Part shown: positions 1-14,886 of the stretch, piece by piece
How the letters are laid out: every line of letters begins with the position of its first letter
Numbering within the stretch: position 1 is the stretch's first letter
Source: Eledone cirrhosa
Lineage: Eukaryota
Assembly (NCBI GenBank): GCA_964016885.1
Contig: OZ024749.1
Location: forward strand, 20,832,001 to 20,896,000
DNA length: 64,000 bases
Direction: 5' to 3'
The notes under the pieces: model-generated
The model's database searches: none
What the model was told of the DNA's origin: nothing
Seen by the model: the letters and a program-made list of their open reading frames with translations, nothing else
Made by a program: the position numbers and the translations under genes

Positions 1-826
1 GCCCTTCGCGTCGGCCGCAACGGAATATCTATCGAATATTTCGACAGTCAATTAAACAGAATTAGGTGTAAAATAAACTAGGAGAAAACAGAATACATTT
101 AAATACCTCTACCATGGTTTCATCCGCATTTTGAGATTTCCAATAATTATGTAATAATTATGTCACTTGAGCACCGGATTCATCAGGAAGTTTGCTCTGA
201 TCTAGACACTAAAATTTTCGAAAGTGATCGCGCCAAGAATTCATTCAAAATGGCTACGAATCGTGACGTAGTCGCGGTCAGGTTGGAAGGAGTGTGGTAG
301 TTGCTTACGGCTGGTGGCTTTTTTGCTAGAAAGCACAGCACAATACAGCCAAATTTGTATCTCAACCTAATGGGAGATTATTACATATAAAAGTTTACAT
401 ATATATATACATATATATACATATACGTGTTTTGCAACGGGTCACATTGTGGCTCAATGAAAATTTTATAAATTAAATAATCAGAGCTATATATCATAAA
501 ACATGTCTATAAAATCACAAGATAAAATATATACCATTTCCTCTCCCAATTAGCATAATTAACTATACAAAAAATCGAATAGACCAGGCTATAAGAATGA
601 GGCTTCTATGAAGAAATCTCCAACAAATAACCGAAACTAGCCCTTCGCGTCGGCCGCAACGGAATATTTATCAAATATTTCGACAGCGTAATCGCCCAGA
701 TACAGTCAATTAAACAGAATTAGGTGTAAAATAAACTAGGAGAAAATAGAACACATTTAAATACCTCTACCATGGTTTCGTCCGCATTTTGAGATTTCCA
801 ATAATTATATAATAATTACGTCACTC

Positions 827-827
<1 letters not shown>
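1..827 (-). mobile_element. Penelope-like/retrozyme-like non-autonomous element, partial tandem (about 640-bp period) with hammerhead-bearing pseudo-LTR
   Basis: 1-170 is repeated at 641-827 (cccttcgcgtcggccgcaacggaata...cctctaccatggtttc), the second copy ending in (TA)n. The first copy contains a complete hammerhead core on the minus strand. Confidence 0.65.
105..191 (-). ncRNA. Type I hammerhead ribozyme (long stem II loop)
   Basis: Minus strand: acttc CTGATGA atccg [long loop] cggat GAAA ccatggt A gaggt. Stem I acttc/gaggt, stem II atccg/cggat, palindromic stem III ACCAUGGU, cleavage triplet GUA. Confidence 0.8.
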
Positions 828-906
<79 letters not shown>

Positions 907-1301
907 ATATGTACATATATACATATATACCCATATATACACCTGCATATACATACATAGATACATACTTAGATGCATACCCCACCCACACACACATACA
1001 TATATGCATATACACATATATATGCATATATACATATATATGAAAATTAGCTGGAGGACTTGGAAACATTTTAATTTTCATGGCGTCCCTTAATGAAATA
1101 TATTATTTTAACGGAATGTTGCGACACATGTATCGTTGCTTATATTCAAACTAAAAATAAATATACTCTACATTATAACATGTATTGAGTTCTCTTTTTT
1201 TGTATGGCTGAACAGCTAGACACTATCATAATATCATATACATATGTGTGTGTGTGCTTATGTGTTGTATGTGTTTCCCTGTTTTTTCTATTCAAGTTCT
1301 A

Positions 1302-1360
1302 GCTGCCTGATGAGGTCATAACTGTTGAATAATAGTTATCACCAAAATATATATTGCAGC
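1302..1360 (+). ncRNA. Degenerate type I hammerhead ribozyme (G12>A)
   Basis: gctgc CTGATGA ggtcataactgtt-gaat-aatagttatcacc AAAA tatatat T gcagc. All three stems pair; GAAA is mutated to AAAA. Confidence 0.7.
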
Positions 1361-1960
1361 GAATATGAATAAACAAAATTAATTTTAACCTGTTGACTTA
1401 CACTTCTTGTTTTAAATTAGTCCGGAGGAAACGCAACCACCTGCAAATTTTGTTGACTGCTCTAAGCTGGAAATAGAAAGTTTGAGTCAGGTTGTATCCA
1501 TAGGCTACAAGAAGCAAGAAGGCTGAGAAAATCATTATCAAACATAACAGCAACATTATCCAGTAAACCTTGCCCTTACACAATCTGTAGACTTTCTGGC
1601 TAATCCTAAGCAGGTCTAAAATGCCATACACGACATAAACTGATTGAACTGAATAGGTTTTTTTTACCTTCATATATCGAAATCAACAGGGGTGTCCACC
1701 ATACATAACACTGCCAAAACGTTCTCTTTAAGGTAAGAAGGACACATTGAAGCCTCTGCCATTTTTAAAGACAAGATGGCCACGACAGGAATGCCTTATA
1801 CTGTCTGAGAATTTTACAGCTTGCTTTTATCAATAAATTTATGTATTCAAGAAAACAGGGAAAAGGCTTTCCACAAATCTTTCTAAGAACATTTGGTTAA
1901 TAAAAGAAAAAGGTTCGGAAATATTTTAAATTACGTTGTTTCAAGACTTTCACATATCAA
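1361..1960 (+). mobile_element. Possible decayed Penelope-like ORF N-terminus following the hammerhead pseudo-LTR
   Basis: Stop-interrupted plus-strand reading LVRRKRNHLQILLTALSW...KAEKIIIK directly downstream of the hammerhead. Resemblance to Penelope N-termini is weak and from memory. Confidence 0.3.
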
Positions 1961-2587
1961 GCCAATGATCAGAGATAATAGAACAGTGAAGATACAACTC
2001 AAAGTATTTACTCGCAATTATGTCCCTCCTAATTTACTCGGATACTCGGAATACTCAGAAAAATATGAATTTAAACATCTCAAAGACACGATATCTCCCT
2101 AAAAAATGTTTAATATTTTTTAGACACAATTATTAAGATTTTGGTGGGGGCGGGGTTATAGTTTTTTTTTTGCATAAATATACATATTTTTTTTGCATAA
2201 ATATACACATTTTTTCATAAACACATGTTTCTTTATGCTAATTGCATTGATTTGACACCGCTTTGTCAAAAAGATGTATCGCCATACAATAGGTTATTTA
2301 TATTCCATATTATCTCACCAGCGTTCGCTATGATATTCAAAATTGTTCACGGTTTGTTTATTTTAAATATTTTTTTCAATGTGTGTACCGGCTTTTAATA
2401 GTCACCCAAATATCGGCAACGAGAAACTCGGAGTAAGATGTTGTGAAAGTTCAGAGAATTCAGCAATGTAGTAAAGACACAGGAGTATTTAATATAGGAG
2501 GAATTGTGTAATCTAGGATGGTCACACTTGGAACGCCTCGTCTGTAGTTAAATAACAACAACAGCAAATCAAACACGACCGTCGAAA

Positions 2588-2669
<82 letters not shown>

Positions 2670-2670
2670 T

Positions 2671-2830
2671 AGAAGTGACTTCTACACGACTAGAACTGTT
2701 TCATTCGAAAGAAATCATGGGGACTTTCCTGATGATTTCTTACGGATGAAACAGTTTTAGTCTTGTAGAAGTCGTTTCTATAATAAAATAAATATGCATA
2801 TATAATACTAGCGTATTGATACGGTTTATA
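2671..2830 (+). mobile_element. Tail-to-tail inverted pseudo-LTR with hammerhead-like core (family also at 49047)
   Basis: Arms 2671-2707 and 2743-2779 are reverse complements. Core gact..CTGATGA tttcttacggat GAAA cagtttt agtc at 2722-2762. Flanked by (TA)n. Confidence 0.6.
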
Positions 2831-4029
2831 TAGAACTGGTTGAAACGGGACGCTAATGAATGTGTGTGTTGAGAAAGAGAAGGAGAGGGAGAGAGAAGGG
2901 GAGAGAGACATCCAGACACAGACATTTGTATATATATATAGAGAGAGAGACAGACAAATTAGAGACATCAGACAAATATCCATCCTTCTTTCCATTACTG
3001 TCCCCCTCCACACATACTCAACATTCCTCCCTACATATCCTCACCCACACTTCCGCCTCTTTACTCCCTCCTACCACTGATCCTCATCCAGTTTTGGAAT
3101 TATGGGAGTGTTCTGTTTTTGTTTGACCAATATGTGTTAAAGAGATCAATATATGAGACGCAAACATAGCCTTCTGGTTAAACACAATCACGTAATCTTG
3201 CCTTCGATTCCACTCCGTGACACCTAACATAAGTGTCTTCTACCGCATACCCTGTGAGTGAAATTTGGTAGACAGGGGCTATGTGGAAGCCCCTCTTCCC
3301 GTCGTGTAAGCATATGTGTGTATGTGCAAGTATAATGTTTTATGTCTACCAGTGTAAACGGTGTGTTCTTTTACGTTAACGTAGACTTTCGATTGGTAGA
3401 GATCGATAAAATAAGTGCTGGAGTTGATACCAGATTGATTTCAAACAAAAGCTCCTGTTGGAGGTGCCCCGACGCCGCCTCCTAAAAATATCCGCCTCTA
3501 GTGGTGTAGCATAAATGAGTTAATGAATAGAATGTGAAGCTTCTCCAATAAACATTGTCAACAATATAGACATCTCTTTCCAGGTTTAGTAAGGAAGTTG
3601 AACTTTCCCAACCTCCCCGACAATTGACCTGATCTGTTCAACACGAATAATGATGATGATAACGAGGAGGAGGAGGTGGAGGAGGAGGAGGAGGAGGAGG
3701 AGGAGGAGGAGGAAAGGAGGTGGAGAACGACGTAATCTAACCGACCATCCAATCAAACAACCGCATCATTGAAAATTAAGCGAGTATCCTCCAATTTTCC
3801 TCTGACTTCTGTATTTTTTTCTCTATATTCGTCTCTGTCTTATAAATGTCTTCTCTCTTTCTCCCCCCTCCCACCCTTCTCTCTCTCTCTCTCTCTGCAT
3901 GTGTGTGTGTCTAGATGTAGGCGTGTGACACTCAAGTAGCTCACTCAGTATGTGTGCGTATATAAAATTTAATACATATAAACCATACTATAAACACATT
4001 CCCTAATGTATGCATGTATGAATATATAT

Positions 4030-4084
<55 letters not shown>

Positions 4085-4631
4085 TTATATATATATATAT
4101 AATGTGTATGTGTGTGTGTTTGTGTGTGTATGATGGCTGCAAACTCAGCTAAAAGTATTGCAATCGATTGTCAGATTATAGAGTTTGGTGCACTTTTAGG
4201 CTACGGCCTGGCATACGAACCTGTAATAGATCCTGAACAAGCAATGCCTGTGCTTTACTTTGAAGGCTTTTTTAAGTGAGGAAAGGCCTTGCACTCAACC
4301 AATCCCACTCTCTGATCATCGAAAACACTACCCAAAAAGGAGAACTGGTCAACATCATCGGATGCTTCCGAAGCCACAGGTTTTTTTTTTTCAGAGTTTC
4401 CCTCTCTTAGAAAGGTGTTGTGACAACAACTGGGGGCCTTTCACTCCCAGGTGAAAAGAAAAAGTACTATTTGGATGGCCGTTGGCTCTGCTGAGTTCCT
4501 CCGCCCTTTGCCGGGTCTTGTATTTCATCCCGCAGGGTGTCCAAATATCACCCTCCCCACAAAGAAGCTTGGTGGGCTTGCCGGTTTAGTCATCGACGAC
4601 CCGATCATGAGACAGGTTGTATATATACACT

Positions 4632-4713
<82 letters not shown>

Positions 4714-5099
4714 TACACACATGATAATGACCATTCCATCTTTTTGCACATTTAGGATTGCGAAACAATTTGAATGAGATTTGGCTGTTGTTTCTACATG
4801 TCAAGAGACCAGTTAGAGGTTCCCTGATAGGCTCGAGTATGGTTTGGGTAATTTCCAAGTTCTATCACCTTGCGTGACCGCATGGTCAAGTGTCATTTAC
4901 CTTAGCCTTAAGTTGACCCATGCCTTGTGAGTGGGAAACCCGTCAGAGGAGTTGCACCTCTAATTGTCGCATATTGTGTTACGTTAAATGTCATTGAGAA
5001 TTGGGGTACACATGTCTGTAGAATACTCAGCCACCTGCATGTTAATGTCATAAGTAGGTTGCCAACTGAGATAGCCTTTTGCCTAAATTAGAAAGGGCG

Positions 5100-5490
5100 G
5101 CGGATTGACATTATCGGTAGAGCGTCGAACAACATACTTTGCGGCGTGGAGTTACGGCTCTTTATGTTCCGAGTTCAAATCCCACTTTGCTTTTCATCCT
5201 TACGGGGTCGATAAATAAAGTACCAGTAATACACTGGTGTCGATTTAATTGACTTCTCTTTCCCCCGAAATTGTTGGCCTTGTGCCTAAATCAGAAATTA
5301 TTGAGAATCAGTAGAGCGTCGGACAAAATGCTTTGCGGTATTTACCCTGGTTCTTTACGTTCTGAATTCAAATCCCGGCGACGTCAACTTTGCCTTTCAT
5401 CCTTCCAAAGTCGATAAATGAAGTAGCAGTCAAATACTGATGGCTGGTTTAATTGATTTTTACGCCCTCCTTAAAATTAGAAACCTTTAT
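5100..5490 (+). mobile_element. Two head-to-tail tRNA-derived SINEs (family 1)
   Basis: tRNA-like head (ggtagagcgtcgga...gagttcaaatccc) followed by the conserved domain ttgcctttcatccttacggggtcgataaaataaagtaccagt, found many times in the window. Confidence 0.85.
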
Positions 5491-5569
5491 TAACAATTAT
5501 ACTATCAATGGGTATTGTTATTCTATTTGAAAAGCTACAGACACGCACATACATACACTTCTCTATCTG

Positions 5570-5905
5570 GGCTGTTAGTAAGGTACATACTCGTCTTCAG
5601 CTGTTAGAAAGGTACACACTCACACATACATACACTGCTGAGTCCTATTTGAGAAGCTGCATACTCACACATACATACACACACTACTCTATCTAAATCC
5701 TTCCTCAGCTGTTAGTAAGGTACCTACTCACACATACATACACACACTACTCTATCTAAATCCTTCCTCAGCTGTTAGTAAGGCACATACTCACACATAC
5801 ATACACACACTACTCTATCGAAATCCTTCCTCAGCTGTTAGTAAGGCACATACTCACACATACATACACACACTACTCTATCGAAATCCTTCCCCAGTTG
5901 TTAGT
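5570..5905. repeat. 63-bp minisatellite, about 5 copies
   Basis: Unit ctgttagtaaggcacatactcacacatacatacacacactactctatctaaatccttcctcag; unit starts at 5711 and 5774. Confidence 0.9.
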
Positions 5906-5949
5906 CGAGTAGATTTCGTTATATCGAATTTTCTTTCTCTTTTACATTG

Positions 5950-6170
5950 TAGACAATGTTTCTCACAAAATATGGACCAACTCAAGGAGCGCTATATACT
6001 TGACTTCGCCTGTGGAAGTTCTTCTCCAAGATAAATCTTCGAGGTTTTCATCCAAACCCAACAACACAACTCCCAGGCGTGCCATAGTTACAGGCACCGT
6101 TCTGGTTTCCGCATTGCACATGCTCGCTTTTGCAATCGCTAAGTCTATATATCGGGAGAGTTTTTAAAAG
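5950..6170 (-). mobile_element. 3' fragment of an R4/Dong-like RLE non-LTR retrotransposon
   Basis: Minus translation KLSRYIDLAIAKASMCNAETRTVPVTMARLGVV...EVKYIALLELVHIL resembles the K..KY.DL...VPV..GALG...ALLGT..IL C-terminus of this clade. Confidence 0.55.
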
Positions 6171-6469
6171 CCCTTCCTTATATCAATACATACGTAGTTA
6201 GAAACATACAGTTAGAATCATATATACTTATACACACGCACACACACACATATAAACATATATATATATATACACTTATATAAATATATATGTTACAAAA
6301 CTTTATTGCAGTAGGTGGACTGACAAGGCGGCAGGACGTGTATAGAAATAGTGAAAACACAATCAATTGAAAAATCGTAAAAAAAAACTATAACAAAAAG
6401 GTCACAACAAAAAAGTATCAGGCGTTGTGTAAATAAATACCATCGCGATTTCGACATCTTCATATATAA

Positions 6470-7775
<1,306 letters not shown>

Positions 7776-8004
7776 TTATATAGATAAGACCATTATTGTT
7801 AGGTTTTTAAAGCGCTAGAGGTCGGTAAATAACAATATATATCATTTGGAATATCCCGCGTACGGTGAACAAAGAAGTCGTCAGGAAATGTTACTAAGGG
7901 AATATTAAAACTATCAAATAAACTAAATTTATTTAAAATAAGGAAAAAACACAAACTTGAGTTGTGTTGGTTTGTTCCAGAGTTTGTCTCTTACTGTACA
8001 TAGC

Positions 8005-9420
8005 TGCTGTTGTTGTTGTTACTGTTGTTGTTGTTGTAGTTACTGTTACTGTTGTTGTTACTGTTGTTACTGTTGTTGTTACTGTTGTTGTTATTGTTGT
8101 TGTTACTGTTGTTACTGTTGTTGTTACTGTTGTTACTGTTGTTACTGTTGTTACTGTTGTTGTTGTTACTGTTGTTGTTGTTACTGTTGTTGTTGTTACT
8201 GTTGTTGTTGTTTTAGTTACTGTTACTGTTGTTGTTACTGTTGTTACTGTTGTTGTTACTGTTGTTGTTATTGTTGTTGTTACTGTTGTTGTTACTGTTG
8301 TTACTGTTGTTACTGTTGTTGTTGTTACTGTTGTTACTGTTGTTACTGTTGTTGTTGTTACTGTTGTTGTTATTGTTGTTGTTACTGTTGTTGTTGTTAC
8401 TGTTGTTACTGTTGTTACTGTTGTTGTTGTTACTGTTGTTGTTATTGTTGTTGTTACTGTTGTTGTTATTGTTGTTGTTACTGTTGTTGTTGTTACTGTT
8501 GTTACTGTTGTTACTGTTGTTGTTACTGTTGTTGTTACTGTTGTTGTTACTGTTGTTACTGTTGTTACTGTTGTTGTTGTTACTGTTGTTGTTATTGTTG
8601 TTGTTACTGTTGTTGTTATTGTTGTTGTTACTGTTGTTGTTGTTACTGTTGTTACTGTTGTTACTGTTGTTGTTGTTACTGTTGTTACTGTTGTTACTGT
8701 TGTTGTTGTTGTTGTTGCTACTGTTGTTGTTGTTACTGTTGTTACTGATGTTGCTGTTGTTGTTGCTACTGTTGTTGTTGATGTTGTTACTGTTGTTGTT
8801 GTTATTGGTATTGTTGTTGTTATTGGTACTTTTGTTGTTACTATTGTTGTTACTGTTGTTGTTGTTACTGTTGTTGTTACTATTGTTGTTACTGTTGTTG
8901 TTGTTACTGTTGTTGTTATTGTTGTTGTTACTGTTGTTGTTGTTACTGTTGTTACTGATGTTGCTGTTGTTGTTGCTACTGTTGTTGTTGATGTTGTTAC
9001 TGTTGTTGTTGTTATTGGTATTGTTGTTGTTATTGGTACTGTTGTTGTTACTATTGTTGTTACTGTTGTTGTTGTTACTGTTGTTGTTACTATTGTTGTT
9101 ACTGTTGTTGTTGTTACTGTTGTTGTTATTGTTGTTGTTACTGTTATTGTTGCTGCTGTTGTTGTTGTTGCTGTTACTCTTGATGCTATTACTGTTGCTG
9201 TTACTGTTGTTGTTGTTGTTGTTACTGTTGTTGTTGTTGTTGTTGTTGCTGTTACTGCTGTTGTTACTGTTGTTGTTGTTGCTGTTACTGTTGTTATTGT
9301 TGTTGTTGTTGTTGTTGTTGTTGCTGTTATTGTTGTTGTTACTGTTGTTGTTGTTGCTGTTACTGTTGTTGTTGCTGTTACTGTTGTTGTTGCTGTTACT
9401 GCTGCTGTTGTTGTTACTGG
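8005..9420. repeat. (GTT)n/(ACT) trinucleotide array with a higher-order internal duplication
   Basis: Directly visible. The variant block gatgttgctgtt...attggtattgtt occurs at about 8750 and again at about 8960. Confidence 0.95.
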
Positions 9421-9866
9421 CATCCGATTATTTTCCAGAATTCCATGGAGCTTATCCCGGGTTTTAAGCAACCAACAATTCAAGATTCTCCCCCCCCCCC
9501 TCCATTTCATCAGATGTTTAACTCTGTTGCTGCTGCTACTACCACCACCCCTACTACTACCACCACCACTGCTACTACCACCACCACTACTACTAGTTTG
9601 CAGTTGAATTGTGTTCAAGAACCTAACACTTAGTCCGGGAATCGAACCCACAACATTACGATCATGAATACAACACTAATCACTACTAGGGCACACCTCT
9701 TTCACACACACACAATATATATATATATATATACACACACATATATCACCATCATCATCACCATCATCATCACCAACACCACCACCATCATCATAACCAA
9801 CATACAAGCGTGTACGTATGTATGTTTATATATATATACATAGATAGAAAGAAGTGGATGTGTGGA

Positions 9867-9907
<41 letters not shown>

Positions 9908-10104
9908 CTATACATACATTTATACATCCATACACATACATTCACACACACACACACACACACACACAGAAGTGTGTGTGTAGACGAATGCATTGATGTG
10001 TTAGTTGGTCAATATTGACTGCTTTACGTTGACAGGTCTAAACCGTGTCATTCAGTACTTCTATATTATACTGTGCCGTGATCGATTTGGTTATTGGTAT
10101 TGAT

Positions 10105-10425
10105 TTAGTTACTGGTGGTCTGGTGAAGGTCATTGGTGGTCTGGTGAAGGTCAGTTTAGTTACTGGTGGTCTGGTGAAGGTCAATTTAGTTATTGGTGGT
10201 TTGGTGAAGGTCATTGGTGGTCTGGTGAAGGTCAGTTTAGTTACTGGTGGTCTGGTGAAGGTCAATTTAGTTATTGGTGGTTTGGTGAAGGTCATTGGTG
10301 GTCTGGTGAAGGTCAGTTTAGTTACTGGTGGTCTGGTGAAGGATATTGGTGGTCTGGTGAAAGTCAATTTAGTTATTGGTGGTCTTGTGAAGGTCAGTTT
10401 AGTAAATGGTGGTCTGGTGAAGGTT
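10105..10425. repeat. Minisatellite of mixed short units (ggtggtctggtgaaggtca core)
   Basis: Repeating tggtggtctggtgaaggtca(gtttagttac/att) units. Confidence 0.9.
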
Positions 10426-11049
10426 GATTGATTATTAGTGACCTTCCAGTGTGACGGAAGGATACACATGATTAAACTAGACCACACTCTTGCGGTGTAG
10501 GCTGATGGAAGAACTCAATACCAAACTACACGACTAGATTCCCCCAGCAACTACAGGCACTGTTGTTGCTGGTGGTGATGGTGGTATGATGATGGCGGTG
10601 CGGTTCATTTTCAGCTGAGCTGAGTGAACTATAGTAAAGAGTCTTGCTTAAGGAGAGAGCGCACCACCCAATATGGAAAACGAACGCCTTGGTGCAGGTG
10701 TAGAACCACCACACGGCCACGGGAATAGTTGGGGGGGGGGGGTGCATGCGTTTGTAGGCGGGGGTGAGGATAGAGATGGGGGAGGCGTTGAGGATGGGGG
10801 GTCAAAAGGAAACGCTGTTGGAATGCTAGAAGTGGAGACAGTTCAATAATAAATCACAAAAATACGACAGCTCGGTGTTTACAGATGACAATAAAATGTC
10901 AAATGTAAAAAAATATAAAAAAATGTAAAGCTGGGATAAAATGACAATAAAATTGGAGACAAAGATTAACCTAAGTGAATATCGTAAACTGGGAGATATA
11001 TAAAACTGTAAATTAGAATACTTACAGATATACGACTTAGCAATAAATA

Positions 11050-11470
11050 ATGGTTTCAGATTTAGGCACAAGGCCAGCAATTTGGGGGGAGAGAGACGAA
11101 AGTCGATTAAATCGACTCCAGTGCATTACTGGTACTTTATTTTATCGACCTTGTAAGGATGAAAGGCAAAGCTAAACTCGGCGGGATTTGAACTCTGAAC
11201 GTAAAGGACCATAACTATGCCACTAAGCATGTTGTCCGACGCTCTACCGATTCTGCCATAATAATGGTTTCTTATATAGGAACAAGGCCATAAATTTTGG
11301 GGGAGGGGAAAGTCGATTAAATCGACCCCAGTGCGTGACTGGTACTTTATTTTATCGACCATGTAAGGATGAAAGACAAAGCTAACCTCGGCGGGATTTG
11401 AACTCAGAATGTCAAGGACCATAACTCTATGTCGCTAAGCATGTTGTCCGACGCTCTACCGATTCTGCCA
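11050..11470 (-). mobile_element. Two tandem family-1 SINEs
   Basis: Reverse complement of the SINE consensus (actggtactttattttatcgacc...aaggatgaaaggcaaa...gatttgaactc...gacgctctaccgattctgcca), twice. Confidence 0.85.
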
Positions 11471-11485
11471 TAATAATACTTTCCA

Positions 11486-11760
11486 TTGGCTAAGGAGGGC
11501 AAACTCTCCAAGTATCTGTCGCTCTGCGACAGGTTCGCGGACGTGCCCCTAACAATGGAGACTTCTGGTGTCCTTGGCTCTAGGGTTACCTTCCTACTTA
11601 CCACCATAGGTGCTGAGCTGGCTAGCCGCAAGTGTGAGCCTCGCGAGATGGAATGGCTCTTCCAGCGCATCTCCCTTACCATCCTCCGGGGAAACCCTTC
11701 TCCATTCTGTCCGCTGGGGCCGTGGGACGGCCAGCACGTGGGACCCCATTTGCTCATAAT
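11486..11760 (+). mobile_element. 3' fragment of a CRE-like RLE non-LTR retrotransposon
   Basis: KLSKYLSLCDRFADVPLTMETSGVLG...IGAELASRKCEPREMEWLFQRISLTILRGN matches the K..KY...P...ET.G..G...PRE..WL.QRIS....RGN restriction-like endonuclease tail. Confidence 0.7.
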
Positions 11761-12128
11761 ACAGAGAGATAGGGAGGCCGATAGAGATGGAGGCGATGAC
11801 AGTGGGAGTTCATCTCTTCCGTGTTCGGACACATTTATCAATTCTATGTTGCTGTTGACACTTAAATATTTGGGAGAGGGCTTCAATTGTATCCCTAACC
11901 ATGTATTCACTACTTTGTTTATGCTATATTAAGCGTGTTTTAATTAGACTAGGTTTTAACGTATGTAAATTATGTTTATAGTTTTACTTCTTTACATTTT
12001 AGTTTTACTTTTTTATTATTATTTTTTTACTTTGTTTATTTTTGTAAAACGATTGGAAACAGAATTTGAGAATTGTGTTAAAAGTCGTTAATCGTATTGT
12101 TTGATACTGGCGAAATAAAAGAAAATAA

Positions 12129-12229
<101 letters not shown>

Positions 12230-12465
12230 TGTATGTATGTATGTATGTATGTATGTGTGCGTGTGTGTGTGTGTGTAAATAAATATGATACGTATATAAA
12301 TATAATATATCTTTATTGTTATGCTTTGGGAGGGTCATGTTGCCAATAAGAAACACACGCACCAGTTGCTTTCACTCCAATTTATTATAAATTTAAGAAT
12401 TTATAAATTCCCGGTTAATATAATATATCTAATATATATAAAAATATAATCTCTCTTTCTCTCTG

Positions 12466-12531
<66 letters not shown>

Positions 12532-12533
<2 letters not shown>

Positions 12534-14833
12534 GCATTTTTCGGACGATAAGGCGCACCTGATTATAAGGCGCACTATCTATGAACGGGTCTACTTTCAT
12601 ACATAAGGCGCACCGGATTATAAGGCGCACCTGATTATAAGGCGCACTATCTATGAACGGGTCTACTTTCATACATAAGGCGCACCGGATTATAAGGCGC
12701 ATATAGCGAAACAAAACTTTTAGGTAGGTAGACTTTATTCAAGACATTCACGTTAATAACACTCAATATTGTTCACTTTAATAATTGTTTCTACTTTTGG
12801 CATAAGGCCAGCTATTACCCCCACCGCATTACTGGTACTTTATTTTATCGACCCCGTAAGGATGAAAGGCAAAGTCAACCTCGGCGGGATTTGAACTCAG
12901 ACCGTAAAGGTCAGAAATTACAGAAAATTGTCAAAGTCACTTTATTCCCGTTCCTCTTCTTGATCCACAAACCCATCAAAGTCTTCATCCTCTGTATCTG
13001 AGTTTAACAGTTGGACGATTTCGGCATCAAGCATGCCCGGATCCCTCTCGTCATCCTCCCAGTCAGTATCGTCGCTGTTAACTGGCTGATCAGTGATGAT
13101 TCCGGCCTTCACGAGCGCTCGGACGACAGTTGAGACCGACCCCTTGGCCCAGGCATCGATGATCCGTTGGTAGACAGTGGTATAACCAGCCCCCCGGCAT
13201 TGCCTCTCTGTCTTGGTGAAGGTGTGCTCGCCTTCTGTCATCCACTGCTCCCACGCGGCTCGCAATTTAACCTTAAACGACTTGTTAATACTAATATCTA
13301 GCGGTTAGAGTTCTTTGGTCAATCCTCCCGGAATGATGGCAAGCTCCAAGTTAGTTTGCTTCACTTGGTTTTTGACGGTATTGGTGAGATGGGTGTGCAA
13401 TAGGGACGGATATGTGTGGAAAAAAACTACCCGGTCTCTTGGCGTAGACTTCTCCCAGCCACTCGCTTATTTTCTCGTCGTCCATCCAAGCCTTTTAGGT
13501 TGACCTTGACAATAACTCCGGCCGGAAACTTTTCCTTTGGCAGTGTTTTCCTCTTGAAAATGACCATGGGTAGTAGCTTCTTGCCATTGGCCTGGCAACC
13601 GAGAACTACTGTTAAAGATGACTTCTTGTTCCCTGTGGTGCTTATAGATACCGTACGGATCCCTGTTTTCTCGACAGTACGGCTCATGGGGATGTTGAAG
13701 GTGAGGGCACCTTGTCCGTGTTGGAGATGCGGGCTGGCTAGATCTTCTTTTCAGTGATCTTGTTCGTGCAGAAGATGGCCAGCTTTTCTTCGTAATACTC
13801 TGGCAGCTGCTGCGAGACGGTAGTTCTTGTGCGGATGGAAAGATGACGCCTTTTCATAAAACGAAAGCACCAAGAAGGACCTCCTTGAAAATCGCTGATC
13901 TTCATGCCACATGCCATCACTGTCGCCTTGTGTCAAATGGAGACTGTGGAGACACGTCTACCTGCTGTTCTCTGTTCAATGATCCACTGTTCAATTATGT
14001 CCTCTAGCTGTGGCCACCTCGCTTTGTTCCCTCGGAAACTCTGTTTGGTCTTCTTGACGCAGGTCATCTTCTTTCTTCCTCCACTTCCGTACCATTCACT
14101 CGATGATGCTGAACTCTTTCGCAGCTGCTCTATTCCCATGTTCTCTTGTGTGACTGATGGCTTTGACTTTGAAATCCGCTTGGTAAGCATGTCTCTTCAC
14201 AGGTGCCATTTTTAGGCATACTAATAATATATTGAAGTCCAGTGCATGTCATAAAAAGTGGCAGAGGTGAGCGCAAAAGCCTCGTCTTGTTACCTAGATA
14301 GCTACTCTTCTCTGATTGGCTCATCGCCGCCAGAAGAAAGTGGAGGGAGAAAGTTAGGCTGCCTAAGTGAGTAAACAATGACTTACCCCTCACGGCATGG
14401 CTAGATCATGATCTAGACACTGTCAAGTAGACAGACGAATATTTTGAAAATGTTTGAATTTAAAGGGAGGCTGCGAATGAAATTTGAAGGATTTTTCATT
14501 ATGAAGATGCCGACCACAGTGTAAACTTCCGAAACATTGAAGTCAAAATGCCAGCATAAATCGTAATTATAAGGCGCACTGCGCAGGTTCAGTTTGTTGC
14601 TCACGCTAGTGCCGTTGGGAATTTACCATTAGCGCATGCGCGTAAAATCAGACCCGCTGTAATTTGATTGGCTACTGGGTCGATCATAAGCATAGAAATT
14701 GCTTCTGCTTTCAATCATGAGTTAAATTTGGCTCACTAAATGATGTGAAGGTAATAAATCACAACCAGAAATCATACATAAGGCGCACCGGAGTATAAGA
14801 CGCACTGCTGATTTTTTATAGTCCGGAAAATAC

Positions 14834-14835
<2 letters not shown>
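12532..14835 (-). mobile_element. Full-length decayed pogo-family (Tc1/mariner superfamily) DNA transposon
   Basis: TIRs ccgcattttttcggacgataa (12532) and ttatagtccggaaaatacgg (14835). Inserted in (TA)n, with subterminal ataaggcgcac repeats at both ends and transposase remnants inside. A SINE is inserted at about 12781-12915. Confidence 0.9.
12942..14209 (-). pseudogene. pogo/POGK-like transposase pseudogene (Brinker-type DBD, CENP-B HTH, DDE_1)
   Basis: ATG at 14209: MAPVKRHAYQADFKVKAISHTREHGNRAAAKEF. Then frameshifted segments KKTKQSFRGNKARWPQLE, FQGGPSWCFRFMKRRHLSIRTRTT, TTGNKKSSLTVVLGCQANGKKLLPMVIFKRKTLPK, and an acidic tail SDTEDEDFDGF. Stops and frameshifts present. Confidence 0.9.

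Positions 14836-14882
<47 letters not shown>

Positions 14883-14886
<4 letters not shown>

Noticed and set aside
805-1081. YIYIYI/VCVCVC/THTHTH ORFs here and throughout the track
   Set aside because: Dinucleotide microsatellite translations.
5100-5190. tRNA-like sequences at SINE heads
   Set aside because: A/B-box remnants are followed by SINE body; no complete cloverleaf could be built, so no tRNA genes are called.
7933-9651. 572-aa Thr/Val-rich mucin-like ORF and overlapping poly-Val/Leu/Cys ORFs
   Set aside because: Translations of a (GTT/ACT)n array open in several frames on both strands; no signal peptide or splice context.
10038-10487. Repetitive TKLTFTRPP ORF
   Set aside because: Minisatellite with unit lengths in multiples of three; open on both strands.
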